A model generated the notes under the pieces. It was not told the origin of the DNA. It worked only from the letters and a program-made list of their open reading frames with translations, and searched no databases. From Acidobacteriota bacterium (GTDB lineage: Bacteria; Acidobacteriota; Vicinamibacteria; Vicinamibacterales; UBA2999), in NCBI GenBank assembly GCA_020200025.1, contig JAIVJN010000031.1, positions 1 through 35,284 on the forward strand: a stretch of 35,284 bases of DNA, in the 5' to 3' direction. This document shows positions 9,398 to 17,670 of this stretch, piece by piece; positions within the stretch are counted from its first letter, which is position 1; every line of letters starts with the position of its first letter. The position numbers were made by a program, and so were the translations under genes.

Positions 9398-9996
9398 CGA
9401 CGGATCGATTCGGGAATATACCGATAGGTGTCCGGATCGCCGTGCAGCACCCACCCCACCACGCTGCCGACGCGGGCGAGATAGCTCAAATAGAGCCGCC
9501 GCAGACGAGCGTCGTCCGGACGATTGAAATCGAGTGAAAGGAACCGGCCACCAGGTTTGAGGACGCGGGCGATTTCCTCGAGAGCAGGGCCGAGCTCCGG
9601 GACATTTCTCAATCCGTAACCCGTCGTGACGACTTCGAACGACGCGCCACGAAACGGCAGCGCCATCATGTCGCCGGTGAGGAAAGCCGGACTGGGCTGG
9701 CCGCGCGCCTTGGCGACGGCGATCTCCAGCATGCGATGAGTGACGTCGAGCCCGACCGTGGCCGCCCCCTTCGCACGAAGCAGGTAGGTGATGTCGCCTG
9801 TGCCGGCAGCTAGATCCAGCGCCCGTTCGCCGGGATGGATGTCGGCGAGCTGCACGAGCCGCTTTTTCCAATGCCGATCGCGACCGTAGGAGAACAGGAC
9901 CGTGATGAGATCGTAGCGGTCCGCAATGGTAGCGAAGAGCCGTCGAACGTGGATGCGCTTGCTCTCCGGCGTATCGAAGGCGGCTTCGAGGGACAC
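9370..9996 (-). CDS. UbiE/MenG family SAM methyltransferase, C-terminus missing at the junction
   Basis: LFATIADRYDL, LDLAAGTGD, GYGLRNV, RVLKPGG and TYRYIPESIRRYP motifs. The rest of the ORF to 9124 is antisense of the neighbouring gene. Confidence 0.8.
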
Positions 9997-10003
9997 GCGA
10001 TGA

Positions 10004-10405
10004 TTATCGCGCCACCACCTCGATGACGCCGCGCATCATCTCGGAGTGCGGCCGGCACTGATATTCGTACGTGCCCGGCGCGGTGGGCGCCTCGAACGTG
10101 ACGGAGCCCTGCTGACCGTTGGAGAGAGATCTCGTCGCCACGTCCCACGAGGGAATGGCGAAGTCGTGCACCATGCCCGGCGTCTCATTGCGCACGACGA
10201 TGCGGACCCGCTCACCGGCGGTGACCCGGACGATCGGGTTCATCTCTGGCTGGCCTTCGAGGACGAACGTCATCCCTCTTGTCACGAGGACGATCTGGCG
10301 CGCCGGCGCCCGTTCCGCAACGAGCGGCAGCACCGCAACGATTCCGATGAAAACCGCCGCGCAAACCGCCGCCGTGCGCCAATGTCGTCGAACTACCTTT
10401 GTCAC
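10004..10405 (-). CDS. Exported or membrane-anchored cupredoxin domain protein
   Basis: N-terminal hydrophobic segment, and type-1 Cu ligands H(DF)...C-RP-H-SEM-M in PGTYEYQCRPHSEMMRG. Confidence 0.85.
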   Translation of the reverse strand: MTKVVRRHWRTAAVCAAVFIGIVAVLPLVAERAPARQIVLVTRGMTFVLEGQPEMNPIVRVTAGERVRIVVRNETPGMVHDFAIPSWDVATRSLSNGQQGSVTFEAPTAPGTYEYQCRPHSEMMRGVIEVVAR

Positions 10406-10479
10406 GTCACCCTCATGTCATCCCGCCGATGAGCTCTACGCCCGCAGGGTTCGAGCCCCGCCTGCCGGTGCAGTCCGCT

Positions 10480-11757
10480 TTACCCGACGAACATCCCGGT
10501 CACATACATCACAACCACGCCGACGACGAGACCGGCCAGCACGGGACGTTGCAGCAAGTGCCGGCCCACGCCACCTTCGCCTGCGGTCTGCTTCAAAATC
10601 TGGCGCATCACCTGCCCGATGGCGCCGACACCGAAGCCGAGCATGAGCACGGCCCACACCGGCGAGGTGACGAACCCACCGAGCCACGCGCCGGCGATCG
10701 TCGGTACACCGCCGACCAGGCCCAACTTGAGAAGGTTTGCTACTGGCGCACGGGTGCCTTCTCGCGCCAACGGCGCCACGATCGCCAAGCCCTCGGTCGT
10801 GTTGTGCAGCGTGAAGCCGACGATGAGCAGAGAGCCGAGTGCCATTTCGCCGAGCGCGAACGCCGATCCGATGGCGAGGCCTTCGCCAAAGTTGTGGAGG
10901 CCGATGCCGATGGCGACGAGGAGCGCCAGCACCCAACCGGTGCTGGGCCCAGCGGCGGCCGACGCGGCGTTCGTCTTGTTTCGGCGCTCACCGAGGTAGA
11001 AGCCCACCGCATCGAGCGCCACCCAGGCCGCCATCGCTCCGAATACGAACAACGTCACGCCCTGGTACGACTCGGGGACGGCGGCAGCCGACTCGAGGCC
11101 GTCGAGCGCGCCGTCGACGAAGAGAAAAGCTAACAGCCCAACCGTCAACGCCAGCAGAAAGTCGAGGCCGCGCCGGTCGAGTCTGCCGACCAGCGGATAC
11201 CAGAGGAGGCCAATTGCCACGGGGATCACACCGACATACAGGCCAATCAGTGCAAAGACGCCGAAGAACCGTAATGTCGGCCGCGGCGTTTCGACGGCCA
11301 CACCAATCGCGTGATCGAATGTCGCGCCAGTCGACGTGATCAGCCTGACGAGGTGAGATTCGCCTTGCACCCACGGGTACGGAATCACGAGCCTCGTCCG
11401 ATTCAGGTGCTCGAGGCGTGTGCCCTGTTCCGCTTGAAACGTCCAGAACGCATCGTCGACCATCACTTGCGCGATGGTCACTTCGTCGGGGCCGTCGTTG
11501 AGCACACCCAGGACGATCTGGCCCGGGCTGAGCACAGCCCGCTCGATGGAAAGGCGCTCGACCGGCGGATAGCCGTCGCCGGTGACGAAGCTGGACGGCC
11601 CCCTGCCGATCAAGAGCGCCAGCAGGGCGCCGAGCAATACGAGCGGCCCGAGACCGAGCATCCAGGTGACCACGGCGCGGCGTGGAGGCGTCACCGGGGC
11701 GTCAGCCAGCGTCGAGCGCGGAGCACCGAGCGCCCCCGTGCCGACATTACGTGACAC
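10480..11757 (-). CDS. ZIP (ZupT/GufA) family metal transporter with an N-terminal TM plus soluble domain
   Basis: IGLHNFGEGLAIG and LHNTTEGLAI ZIP motifs. GTG start at 11757 with GGAGG RBS, overlapping the oxidase stop. Confidence 0.88.
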   Translation of the reverse strand: MSRNVGTGALGAPRSTLADAPVTPPRRAVVTWMLGLGPLVLLGALLALLIGRGPSSFVTGDGYPPVERLSIERAVLSPGQIVLGVLNDGPDEVTIAQVMVDDAFWTFQAEQGTRLEHLNRTRLVIPYPWVQGESHLVRLITSTGATFDHAIGVAVETPRPTLRFFGVFALIGLYVGVIPVAIGLLWYPLVGRLDRRGLDFLLALTVGLLAFLFVDGALDGLESAAAVPESYQGVTLFVFGAMAAWVALDAVGFYLGERRNKTNAASAAAGPSTGWVLALLVAIGIGLHNFGEGLAIGSAFALGEMALGSLLIVGFTLHNTTEGLAIVAPLAREGTRAPVANLLKLGLVGGVPTIAGAWLGGFVTSPVWAVLMLGFGVGAIGQVMRQILKQTAGEGGVGRHLLQRPVLAGLVVGVVVMYVTGMFVG

Positions 11758-12793
11758 TGCCAGCCTCCGCACGGAACAGTCCCATCCATCCGAGCTCGGC
11801 GAACTCGCTCTGATGGGCGTGGAACATGAAGTCACCGGGATACCGGAACGTGGTCTCGAGGATGGCGCGCTCGCCTTGCGCGAGCACGATTGTGTCGATG
11901 TGCTCGACGTGCGCCGAGGGCGTGCCGGTCCGCGCGGCATCGAAGAACATGCCGTGCAGATGGAAGCTGTTGAGCAGATCGAACTCGGTGAGGTTCACGA
12001 GATAGATGCGCACCGGCCGACCGACGGTGACGCGCACCGGATCGGTCATGTAGGCGTTGGCGATCGAATTGACCGCGTAGACTTCGTTTTCGTTATCGAA
12101 GTTGGTGTCGAACGCGTTCATCACCATGACCATTTCGTCGGCCGGCGCCCGACCGCCTCGGGGATCGACGATGAACGCGCCGTAGAGGCCCTTGTGAATG
12201 TGACGCTTCAGCGGCACGGCGTGGCAGTGATACAAGTGCAGCCCGACCGGCTCGGCATCGAACTCGTACAGGAACGAGCCACCAGGCATGACCTGATGCT
12301 CGGGCAACGATCCGTCCATTTCCGGCGGGTGCCACCCGTGGAAGTGAATGGTGTGCGGGTGCGATCCCTGGTTGACGAACCGAATGCGCAGGTGATCGCC
12401 CTCCGTCGCGCGGATGGTCGGTCCCGGTACCTCGCCGTTGTACGTCCAGGCGGGGAAGAACAATCCGGGAGCGATCTCGATCTCGCGGTCGACGGCGAAG
12501 ATGTCGTACTCGCGCAGCATCGACCCATCGGGGCGCGAGGTTTCTCGGTAGACCTTCTCGCGCTCGGCGTCCGGTAGATGATTGAAGTTGAAACCGCGCA
12601 GGAACCTGACGGCATCGAAGGCCGACTTTTCGACACGCCCGACCGTCCCCATGGCATGGGCGTGAACCGCATGCTCGGCGCTCGTCGGGGACGCCTGACC
12701 GGAGAGGGCCCGAGTCCAGGCTGCCGCTCCTGTGAGAACGGCGCCGAAACCCGCCACCTGCATCCAGTCCCGGCGGGAGAGTGTCCACTTCAT
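11747..12793 (-). CDS. Tat-exported two-domain multicopper oxidase (type-C-like)
   Basis: SRRDW Tat signal. Domain 1 has HTIHFH and HCH....HIHKGL. Domain 2 has FHLH and HAH (no Cys). Confidence 0.9.
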   Translation of the reverse strand: MKWTLSRRDWMQVAGFGAVLTGAAAWTRALSGQASPTSAEHAVHAHAMGTVGRVEKSAFDAVRFLRGFNFNHLPDAEREKVYRETSRPDGSMLREYDIFAVDREIEIAPGLFFPAWTYNGEVPGPTIRATEGDHLRIRFVNQGSHPHTIHFHGWHPPEMDGSLPEHQVMPGGSFLYEFDAEPVGLHLYHCHAVPLKRHIHKGLYGAFIVDPRGGRAPADEMVMVMNAFDTNFDNENEVYAVNSIANAYMTDPVRVTVGRPVRIYLVNLTEFDLLNSFHLHGMFFDAARTGTPSAHVEHIDTIVLAQGERAILETTFRYPGDFMFHAHQSEFAELGWMGLFRAEAGSVT

Positions 12794-12813
12794 AGTTTTG
12801 ACCGTTCAAAATT
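12794..12813. promoter_or_regulatory. Putative DtxR/MntR-family operator AGTTTTGACCGTTCAAAATT
   Basis: AT-rich palindrome TTTTGA-N4-TCAAAA abutting the oxidase ATG. It overlaps the predicted start of a minus-strand TTGACG-N18-TTTAAT promoter, and the regulator gene is divergent. Confidence 0.65.
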
Positions 12814-12878
12814 AAACCACGCCAGTGGCCGAAACGTCAAGCGCGGTTTGACGTGTCTGCTACCATTTGCAAGGGGCC

Positions 12879-13553
12879 ATGTTTCCTTCGAGTACCGTCG
12901 AAAACTACCTCAAAGCCATCTACCTCGGTGGTGAGGGTCAACTCGAAGTTCAGCGTTTGATGCCCATGGGTCAGTTGTCGGCGGCCCTCGGCGTCGCGCC
13001 CGGCACCGCCACCACGATGGTGAAGGCGCTGGCCGAGTCGGGGCTCGTCGAGTACGAGCCGTACAACGGCGTGCGGCTGTCGGCCGCCGGCGAGAAGCTG
13101 GCGGCTCTCGTGTTGCGCCGGCACCGTTTGGTCGAGCTCTTCCTTGTCCGAGTCATGGGAATGCCCTGGGACGAGGTGCACGACGAGGCAGAGCAGCTCG
13201 AGCACGCGGTGTCCGATCGGCTCATCGAACGGATCGATCAGATGCTGGGCCATCCCGAGGTCGATCCGCACGGGGACCCCATCCCCGACCCCGACGGGCA
13301 GTTGCGGCGCCGGGAGTTCGACACGCTGCTCACGTGTCCACTCAACACGCCCGTCCGTGTCACTCGAGTGACCGATCAAGATGCCGCGTTTTTGCGCTTC
13401 CTCGAGAGCCACCATCTGAAGCCAGGTGAGACGACCGAGGTCGAAGCCCGCGATCAGGTGGCCGACAGCGTGCGGCTGCGTGGACAGGACGACCAGCGCA
13501 TCACGATTGGCATGCGCGCCGCCTCGAAGTTGCTCGTGGAAACGGGAATGTAG
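12879..13553 (+). CDS. DtxR/MntR family metal-dependent repressor with C-terminal FeoA-like domain
   Basis: ENYLKAIY, RRHRLVELFL, EAEQLEH and DPHGDPIP motifs, plus an SH3/FeoA-like tail. Confidence 0.93.
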   Translation: MFPSSTVENYLKAIYLGGEGQLEVQRLMPMGQLSAALGVAPGTATTMVKALAESGLVEYEPYNGVRLSAAGEKLAALVLRRHRLVELFLVRVMGMPWDEVHDEAEQLEHAVSDRLIERIDQMLGHPEVDPHGDPIPDPDGQLRRREFDTLLTCPLNTPVRVTRVTDQDAAFLRFLESHHLKPGETTEVEARDQVADSVRLRGQDDQRITIGMRAASKLLVETGM

Positions 13554-13601
13554 GGCGGCCCTTCAGGGCCGCCGCGGGCGGGGCCAAAGTTCCGCCACTA
13601 C
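13550..13601. repeat. Inverted pair of GTAG-type REP palindromes between convergent genes
   Basis: GTAG-GGCGGCCC-TTCA-GGGCCGCC ... GGCGGGGC-CAAA-GTTCCGCC-A-CTAC. The two GTAG tetranucleotides supply the two stop codons. Confidence 0.7.
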
Positions 13602-14269
13602 CTACGGCTACCTCGCGCGAATCGATCGACGACCTCGACGAGGTCGGAGGGCCGATCGACCACGTAGCTCGTCGCAGGTGGATGCTCACGAAAGCGCGCC
13701 GCGCCGAAGCCGTAACGCGCCCAGCCGAACGCAAATCCCGCGGCCGCGGCGGTTTCAGCATCGAAAGGTGTGTCGCCCACGAGCATCGTGGGCAGGTTTC
13801 CAACTCGAGCGGCCAATGCTCTGAGCCCGGCGGGGTTGGGTTTGCGCGGCCACGGACCATCGCCGCCAATCACCTCGTCGAAGAGCTCCGCCAGCGCGAG
13901 ACCGTCCAGAATACGGCGCGAGGGCTCGACCGGCTTGTTGGTGAGCACGGCCAGCCTGGCGCGTCTCGACACGCGTGTCAGCGCATCGCGCATGCCGGGA
14001 TAGGGTCGAGTGTGGTTGAGGAGCCGATTGTCGTAGATTGCCAGGAAACGTTCGAGCGCCCCGGGTGTCTGGGGATCGACTCCAGCCGCCGACAGCGCAC
14101 GCTGTACGAGGAGCGACGCGCCTTCCCCCACCATCGCGCCGACCTCGTCCACCGCAAGCGGCCGCCCGCCGAGGGCAACGACGAGCTCGCTTGCCGACTC
14201 GGCCAGATCCTGTACCGATTCGACCAGCGTGCCGTCGAGATCGAAAACGATGAGCAGCCGGCGCGTCAC
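13598..14269 (-). CDS. HAD family hydrolase (phosphoglycolate phosphatase-like)
   Basis: FDLDGTL, LTNK, KPNP and VGDT..D motifs. Confidence 0.88.
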   Translation of the reverse strand: MTRRLLIVFDLDGTLVESVQDLAESASELVVALGGRPLAVDEVGAMVGEGASLLVQRALSAAGVDPQTPGALERFLAIYDNRLLNHTRPYPGMRDALTRVSRRARLAVLTNKPVEPSRRILDGLALAELFDEVIGGDGPWPRKPNPAGLRALAARVGNLPTMLVGDTPFDAETAAAAGFAFGWARYGFGAARFREHPPATSYVVDRPSDLVEVVDRFARGSRR

Positions 14270-14679
14270 TGCTCAACGGGCTCGCCGTAGGTGGCCCACG
14301 ACGTGGGGGTCTCCCACACGGTGACGCGCACGACGGCAAGCCCTTCCTGACGGGCGTGGTCGAAGATGAGCCGCGCGATGCGCTCAACCGTCGGGTTGCT
14401 GTCGACGATGAAGATCGGTTCGCCCAGTTGCTGCAGCGGCGCGACGAGCGGGTCGTCGTGGCGGAGCACCATCTTGTGGTCCAACTCCCGGTCGACCCAG
14501 CCTTTGACGATGCGCTTGATATCGCTGAAGTCGCACACCATGTTGCGCGAGTCGAGGAGATCGGTACGCACCTCGATCTCGGCCGTCGCGTTGTGGCCGT
14601 GCGGATGCTTGCAGATCCCGTCGTAGTCGAGAAGACGATGGCCGTAGCAGAAGTCGATGCGTTTGGTCACGGAATACAT
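14266..14679 (-). CDS. queD: 6-carboxytetrahydropterin synthase / PTPS family
   Basis: F.YGHRL, CKHPHGHN (CxxxHGH), DFSDIK, LDH, NPTVE and VWET motifs. ATG at 14679. Confidence 0.85.
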   Translation of the reverse strand: MYSVTKRIDFCYGHRLLDYDGICKHPHGHNATAEIEVRTDLLDSRNMVCDFSDIKRIVKGWVDRELDHKMVLRHDDPLVAPLQQLGEPIFIVDSNPTVERIARLIFDHARQEGLAVVRVTVWETPTSWATYGEPVEQ

Positions 14680-14685
14680 GGAACA

Positions 14686-14864
14686 CTCCAGGGCTGGAGA
14701 ACCACGTGCTGATTGAAGGTCGCCAACGCAGCCTTCCAGCACGCTTCGGTTCTTGGTGGCGGGGCCCAATAGCCGCACCGGCGAGCCACCACATGGCATC
14801 GCATAGGCGCGCGACGCCGGGCGCAGAACACGTGCGATTGTCCTCAGACCCGACACGCCGATGC
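14686..14864 (-). promoter_or_regulatory. Candidate structured 5' leader / ncRNA upstream of queD
   Basis: Four consecutive hairpins read by eye. The last one (CTCCA-GCCC-TGGAG) covers the GGAG RBS. Confidence 0.4.
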
Positions 14865-14890
14865 AATCCCATCTGCGGCATGATTCTCCC

Positions 14891-15634
14891 ATGACGCTCG
14901 TCCTGCTCTCCGGCGGACTCGACAGCGCAGTGCTGCTCGCTCACGAATCGCGCGAGCACGTCGTGCATCCGCTCTTTGTCAGCGTTGGTTTGGCGTGGGA
15001 ATGGGCAGAGCTGCGCGTGCTGGATCGTCTGCTCGCCGCGCCCGTCTTTGCCGGCCGCGTGCGGCCGCTCAGCCGCGCCGAGCTCACCATGCGTGACGTC
15101 TATTCGCCAAGCCATTGGGCGATCCGCGGCACACCCCCCGCGTATGACACGCCGGACGAGGCGGTCTATCTCGCCGGCAGAAATCTCGTGCTCCTGACAA
15201 AGGCGGGTGTCGTCGCCGCCGAGAGACGCCTGCAACGCATCGCGCTCGCTCCACTCGCAGGCAATCCCTTTCCCGATGCCCGTCCGGAGTTTTTCGCCGC
15301 GATGGAGCGGAGTCTGACGTTGGGGCTCGATCACCCGGTGACGGTGGTTGCGCCGTTCTTGCATCGGCAGAAGGCAGACATCATCATGCTGGGGCGAGCG
15401 CTGGGTGTGCCGCTGGAATTGACATTGTCGTGCATGAGCCCGTGCGGGAGAGACGCGAGCGACGTGGCGCGTGGGACAGAGGGCGCGGGGCCGCTGCCCA
15501 TCCACTGTGGCCGGTGCAGCAAGTGCCGCGAGCGCAAGGAGGCGTTCGGCGCCGCGGGTGTTCGCGACCCTACGCCGTACGCAACCGATGAAACCATCGC
15601 TGGCGACACGATCGCTGGCGAAGGAACGAGCTAA
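14891..15634 (+). CDS. queC: 7-cyano-7-deazaguanine synthase QueC-like PP-loop ATPase
   Basis: SGGLDS, GRN, NPFPDARPEF, and Zn motif SC...CGRCSKCRER. Confidence 0.82.
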   Translation: MTLVLLSGGLDSAVLLAHESREHVVHPLFVSVGLAWEWAELRVLDRLLAAPVFAGRVRPLSRAELTMRDVYSPSHWAIRGTPPAYDTPDEAVYLAGRNLVLLTKAGVVAAERRLQRIALAPLAGNPFPDARPEFFAAMERSLTLGLDHPVTVVAPFLHRQKADIIMLGRALGVPLELTLSCMSPCGRDASDVARGTEGAGPLPIHCGRCSKCRERKEAFGAAGVRDPTPYATDETIAGDTIAGEGTS

Positions 15635-15646
15635 CTCTGAATACGA

Positions 15647-16351
15647 AGGCTCCACCTGCAAGCGGATGCTGCCGTCGCCGGTACGAGCGCGAAGCGCCGT
15701 AGGCGTCGCGTCGAGACCGATGCTGCCATCGTTGGTCTCGAGATCGATGGCGCCCACGATCCCTTCCATCCGGATCGAGCCGTCCCCGGATCGCACGCGC
15801 AGATCGCCGGATACGCGAGCCGCCCGCACGCTGCCGTCGGCCGTGGTGAGAATCACACGACCAGCCACGTCTTCGATGGCAATCGAGCCGTCGCCGCTGG
15901 TGGCTTCGATGTCGCTCTCACGCGGCAGCGCCACTCGTAACCGCGCCTGCGGAGAAATATGCACCCCAACCGTGACGCCCCTGAATTCGCGGCGGCTCGG
16001 GCCAGTCACCTTGAGCACGATGCGGTCGCCGTGCTGCTCGGCTTCTATCTTCATCTCGTCGATGAGCGACTGCTCCATGCCGCGCTTCTCGACTTCCACC
16101 TCGACCTGCTTGCGATCCCACGAGTGAATCTCGATCGAGCCGTCAAAGGTGTCCAAGACGACGACGGGCCGGCCGCTGACGTCGAACGTTCGAGTGTCAC
16201 GCTCCGTCAGCCCTTCGGTGTTCAGGTTCACTTCGCAGCCGGCGAGCGCCACGACGGTCACGACCATCGGGCAAATACGACCGGCCTGACGTGCGCTCCT
16301 GGACGCTACTTGGAGCGCCCTGAGCACGAGTCGACAGGCGGTGACCCTCAT
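15647..16351 (-). CDS. DUF4097 beta-repeat (putative adhesin) lipoprotein, 3' truncated
   Basis: LAGC lipobox and repeated (T/S)xDGS(I/V) units. The reading frame loses coherence at about 15647 and has no stop of its own. Confidence 0.75.
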
Positions 16352-16397
16352 GATCCCTCCCCGTCATAGACGCAGAGCCGGAGCGTGGTGTTCCTTC

Positions 16398-16460
16398 GAA
16401 AAGGAAACTGGGCTTCGTTTTTGCCGGCTCACTCCCAAAAACGAAACCCGGTTTCTTTTC
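16398..16460. repeat. AT-rich palindromic repeat doublet (possible terminator)
   Basis: GAAAAGGAAACTGGGCTTCGTTTTTG...CAAAAACGAAACCCGGTTTCTTTTC. A related single unit lies at 31045-31068. Confidence 0.6.
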
Positions 16461-16463
16461 TTT

Positions 16464-17669
16464 TTAGCCGCCAAAGACGGCCCTCCCGCCAACGAAGGTC
16501 TGGCGGACACGCAGGTCGCGGCCGAGGACGACAAGGTCGGCCAACGCACCCACTCTGACCGCTCCAGCATCCAGCAGGTCGAGCTCCTTGGCGGGAGTGG
16601 TGGCGCACGCCCGAGCGGCGGCCACCACGTCGAGGCCGACCTGCTGAACCAGCATCCGGAAGGCGCCGTCCATCGTCAGGATGCTGCCCGCCAGCGTGCC
16701 GTCCTCGAGCTCGGCAGCCCGCTCGGTGACGATGATGGGGCGTCCGCCGAGACGAGCTCGAGCGCCGGGTCTGAGGCCGGCGCCGGCGGTTCCGTCGGTG
16801 ATGGCCATGATGCGGTCTACACCTTTGGCGGCGATGGCGAACCGGACCAGAGCGGGATGCACATGATGGCCATCACAAATGATCTCGGCGGCAACCTCCG
16901 GACGATCGAGCACGGCGCCGGGCACGCCAGGGGCGCGATGGGCGAGCGGCGACATGCGATTGAAAAGGTGGGTTGCATGCCGCACACCGGCGTCGATTGC
17001 CTGACATGCGACTTCGTAGCTGGCACCGCTGTGGCCGATGGATACGCGCTGGCCACGGCCAACCAGGTCCCGCACGAGGTCGAGCCCGCCATCGATTTCT
17101 GGGGCCAGCGTGACGATAGCGACCACATCCGCATACTCGCCCATCGTTCGCCACACCGCGTCGCCCGTGAAGCTGTCGATGCCGATCGATTCGCTCGTCC
17201 CGGCGGCCAGCGGAGCGGGCGGGCGCCGCAAACACTCCCGCGGCTGGGCGCCGCGGTAATCCGGGTTGATGAAGTTGCTTTCGAGGTGGGCGCCACGCAC
17301 ACGCGCCGCGCCCGACCGCCCGGACGTCTCGCGCACCGCTCGCAGCAGCATCTCGAGATCCGAGGGGGAGCACGCGACGCTGGTCGGACAGAAGGACGTC
17401 ACGCCGTAGCGTGGCAAGCGCTCGGCGACCTGAACGACAGCGTGTGGGCCGTCGAGCACGTCGACGCCAAGCACGCCGTGGACGTGCACATCGACGAAAC
17501 CAGGAACGATCAGGCACTCCGCGCAGTCGATGGTGGCCGCCCCGGCGGGGACCCGCGCGCCGGCAGGCTCGACGGCGGCGATGCGGTCGTCTTCGAGCAC
17601 GAGCAGGCCAGCCGCCAGCACGGCATCGGGCAGGACGAGATCCGCGTGGGCCAGGACGGTCAGCGGCAT
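16464..17669 (-). CDS. nagA: N-acetylglucosamine-6-phosphate deacetylase
   Basis: PGFVDVHVHG, GAHLE, TLAPE, GHS, THLFNRM, DGHHVHP, ITD and LAGSILTM motifs. Confidence 0.92.
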   Translation of the reverse strand: MPLTVLAHADLVLPDAVLAAGLLVLEDDRIAAVEPAGARVPAGAATIDCAECLIVPGFVDVHVHGVLGVDVLDGPHAVVQVAERLPRYGVTSFCPTSVACSPSDLEMLLRAVRETSGRSGAARVRGAHLESNFINPDYRGAQPRECLRRPPAPLAAGTSESIGIDSFTGDAVWRTMGEYADVVAIVTLAPEIDGGLDLVRDLVGRGQRVSIGHSGASYEVACQAIDAGVRHATHLFNRMSPLAHRAPGVPGAVLDRPEVAAEIICDGHHVHPALVRFAIAAKGVDRIMAITDGTAGAGLRPGARARLGGRPIIVTERAAELEDGTLAGSILTMDGAFRMLVQQVGLDVVAAARACATTPAKELDLLDAGAVRVGALADLVVLGRDLRVRQTFVGGRAVFGG

Positions 17670-17670
17670 G

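Noticed and set aside
14891-15634. QueC as a QatC/Dpd defence component
   Set aside because: Short enzyme next to queD, with no qatABD, TatD or dpd genes.
14384-16351. 655-aa ORF overlapping queC and queD
   Set aside because: DUF4097 gene lacking its end, reading through the antisense strand of queC.
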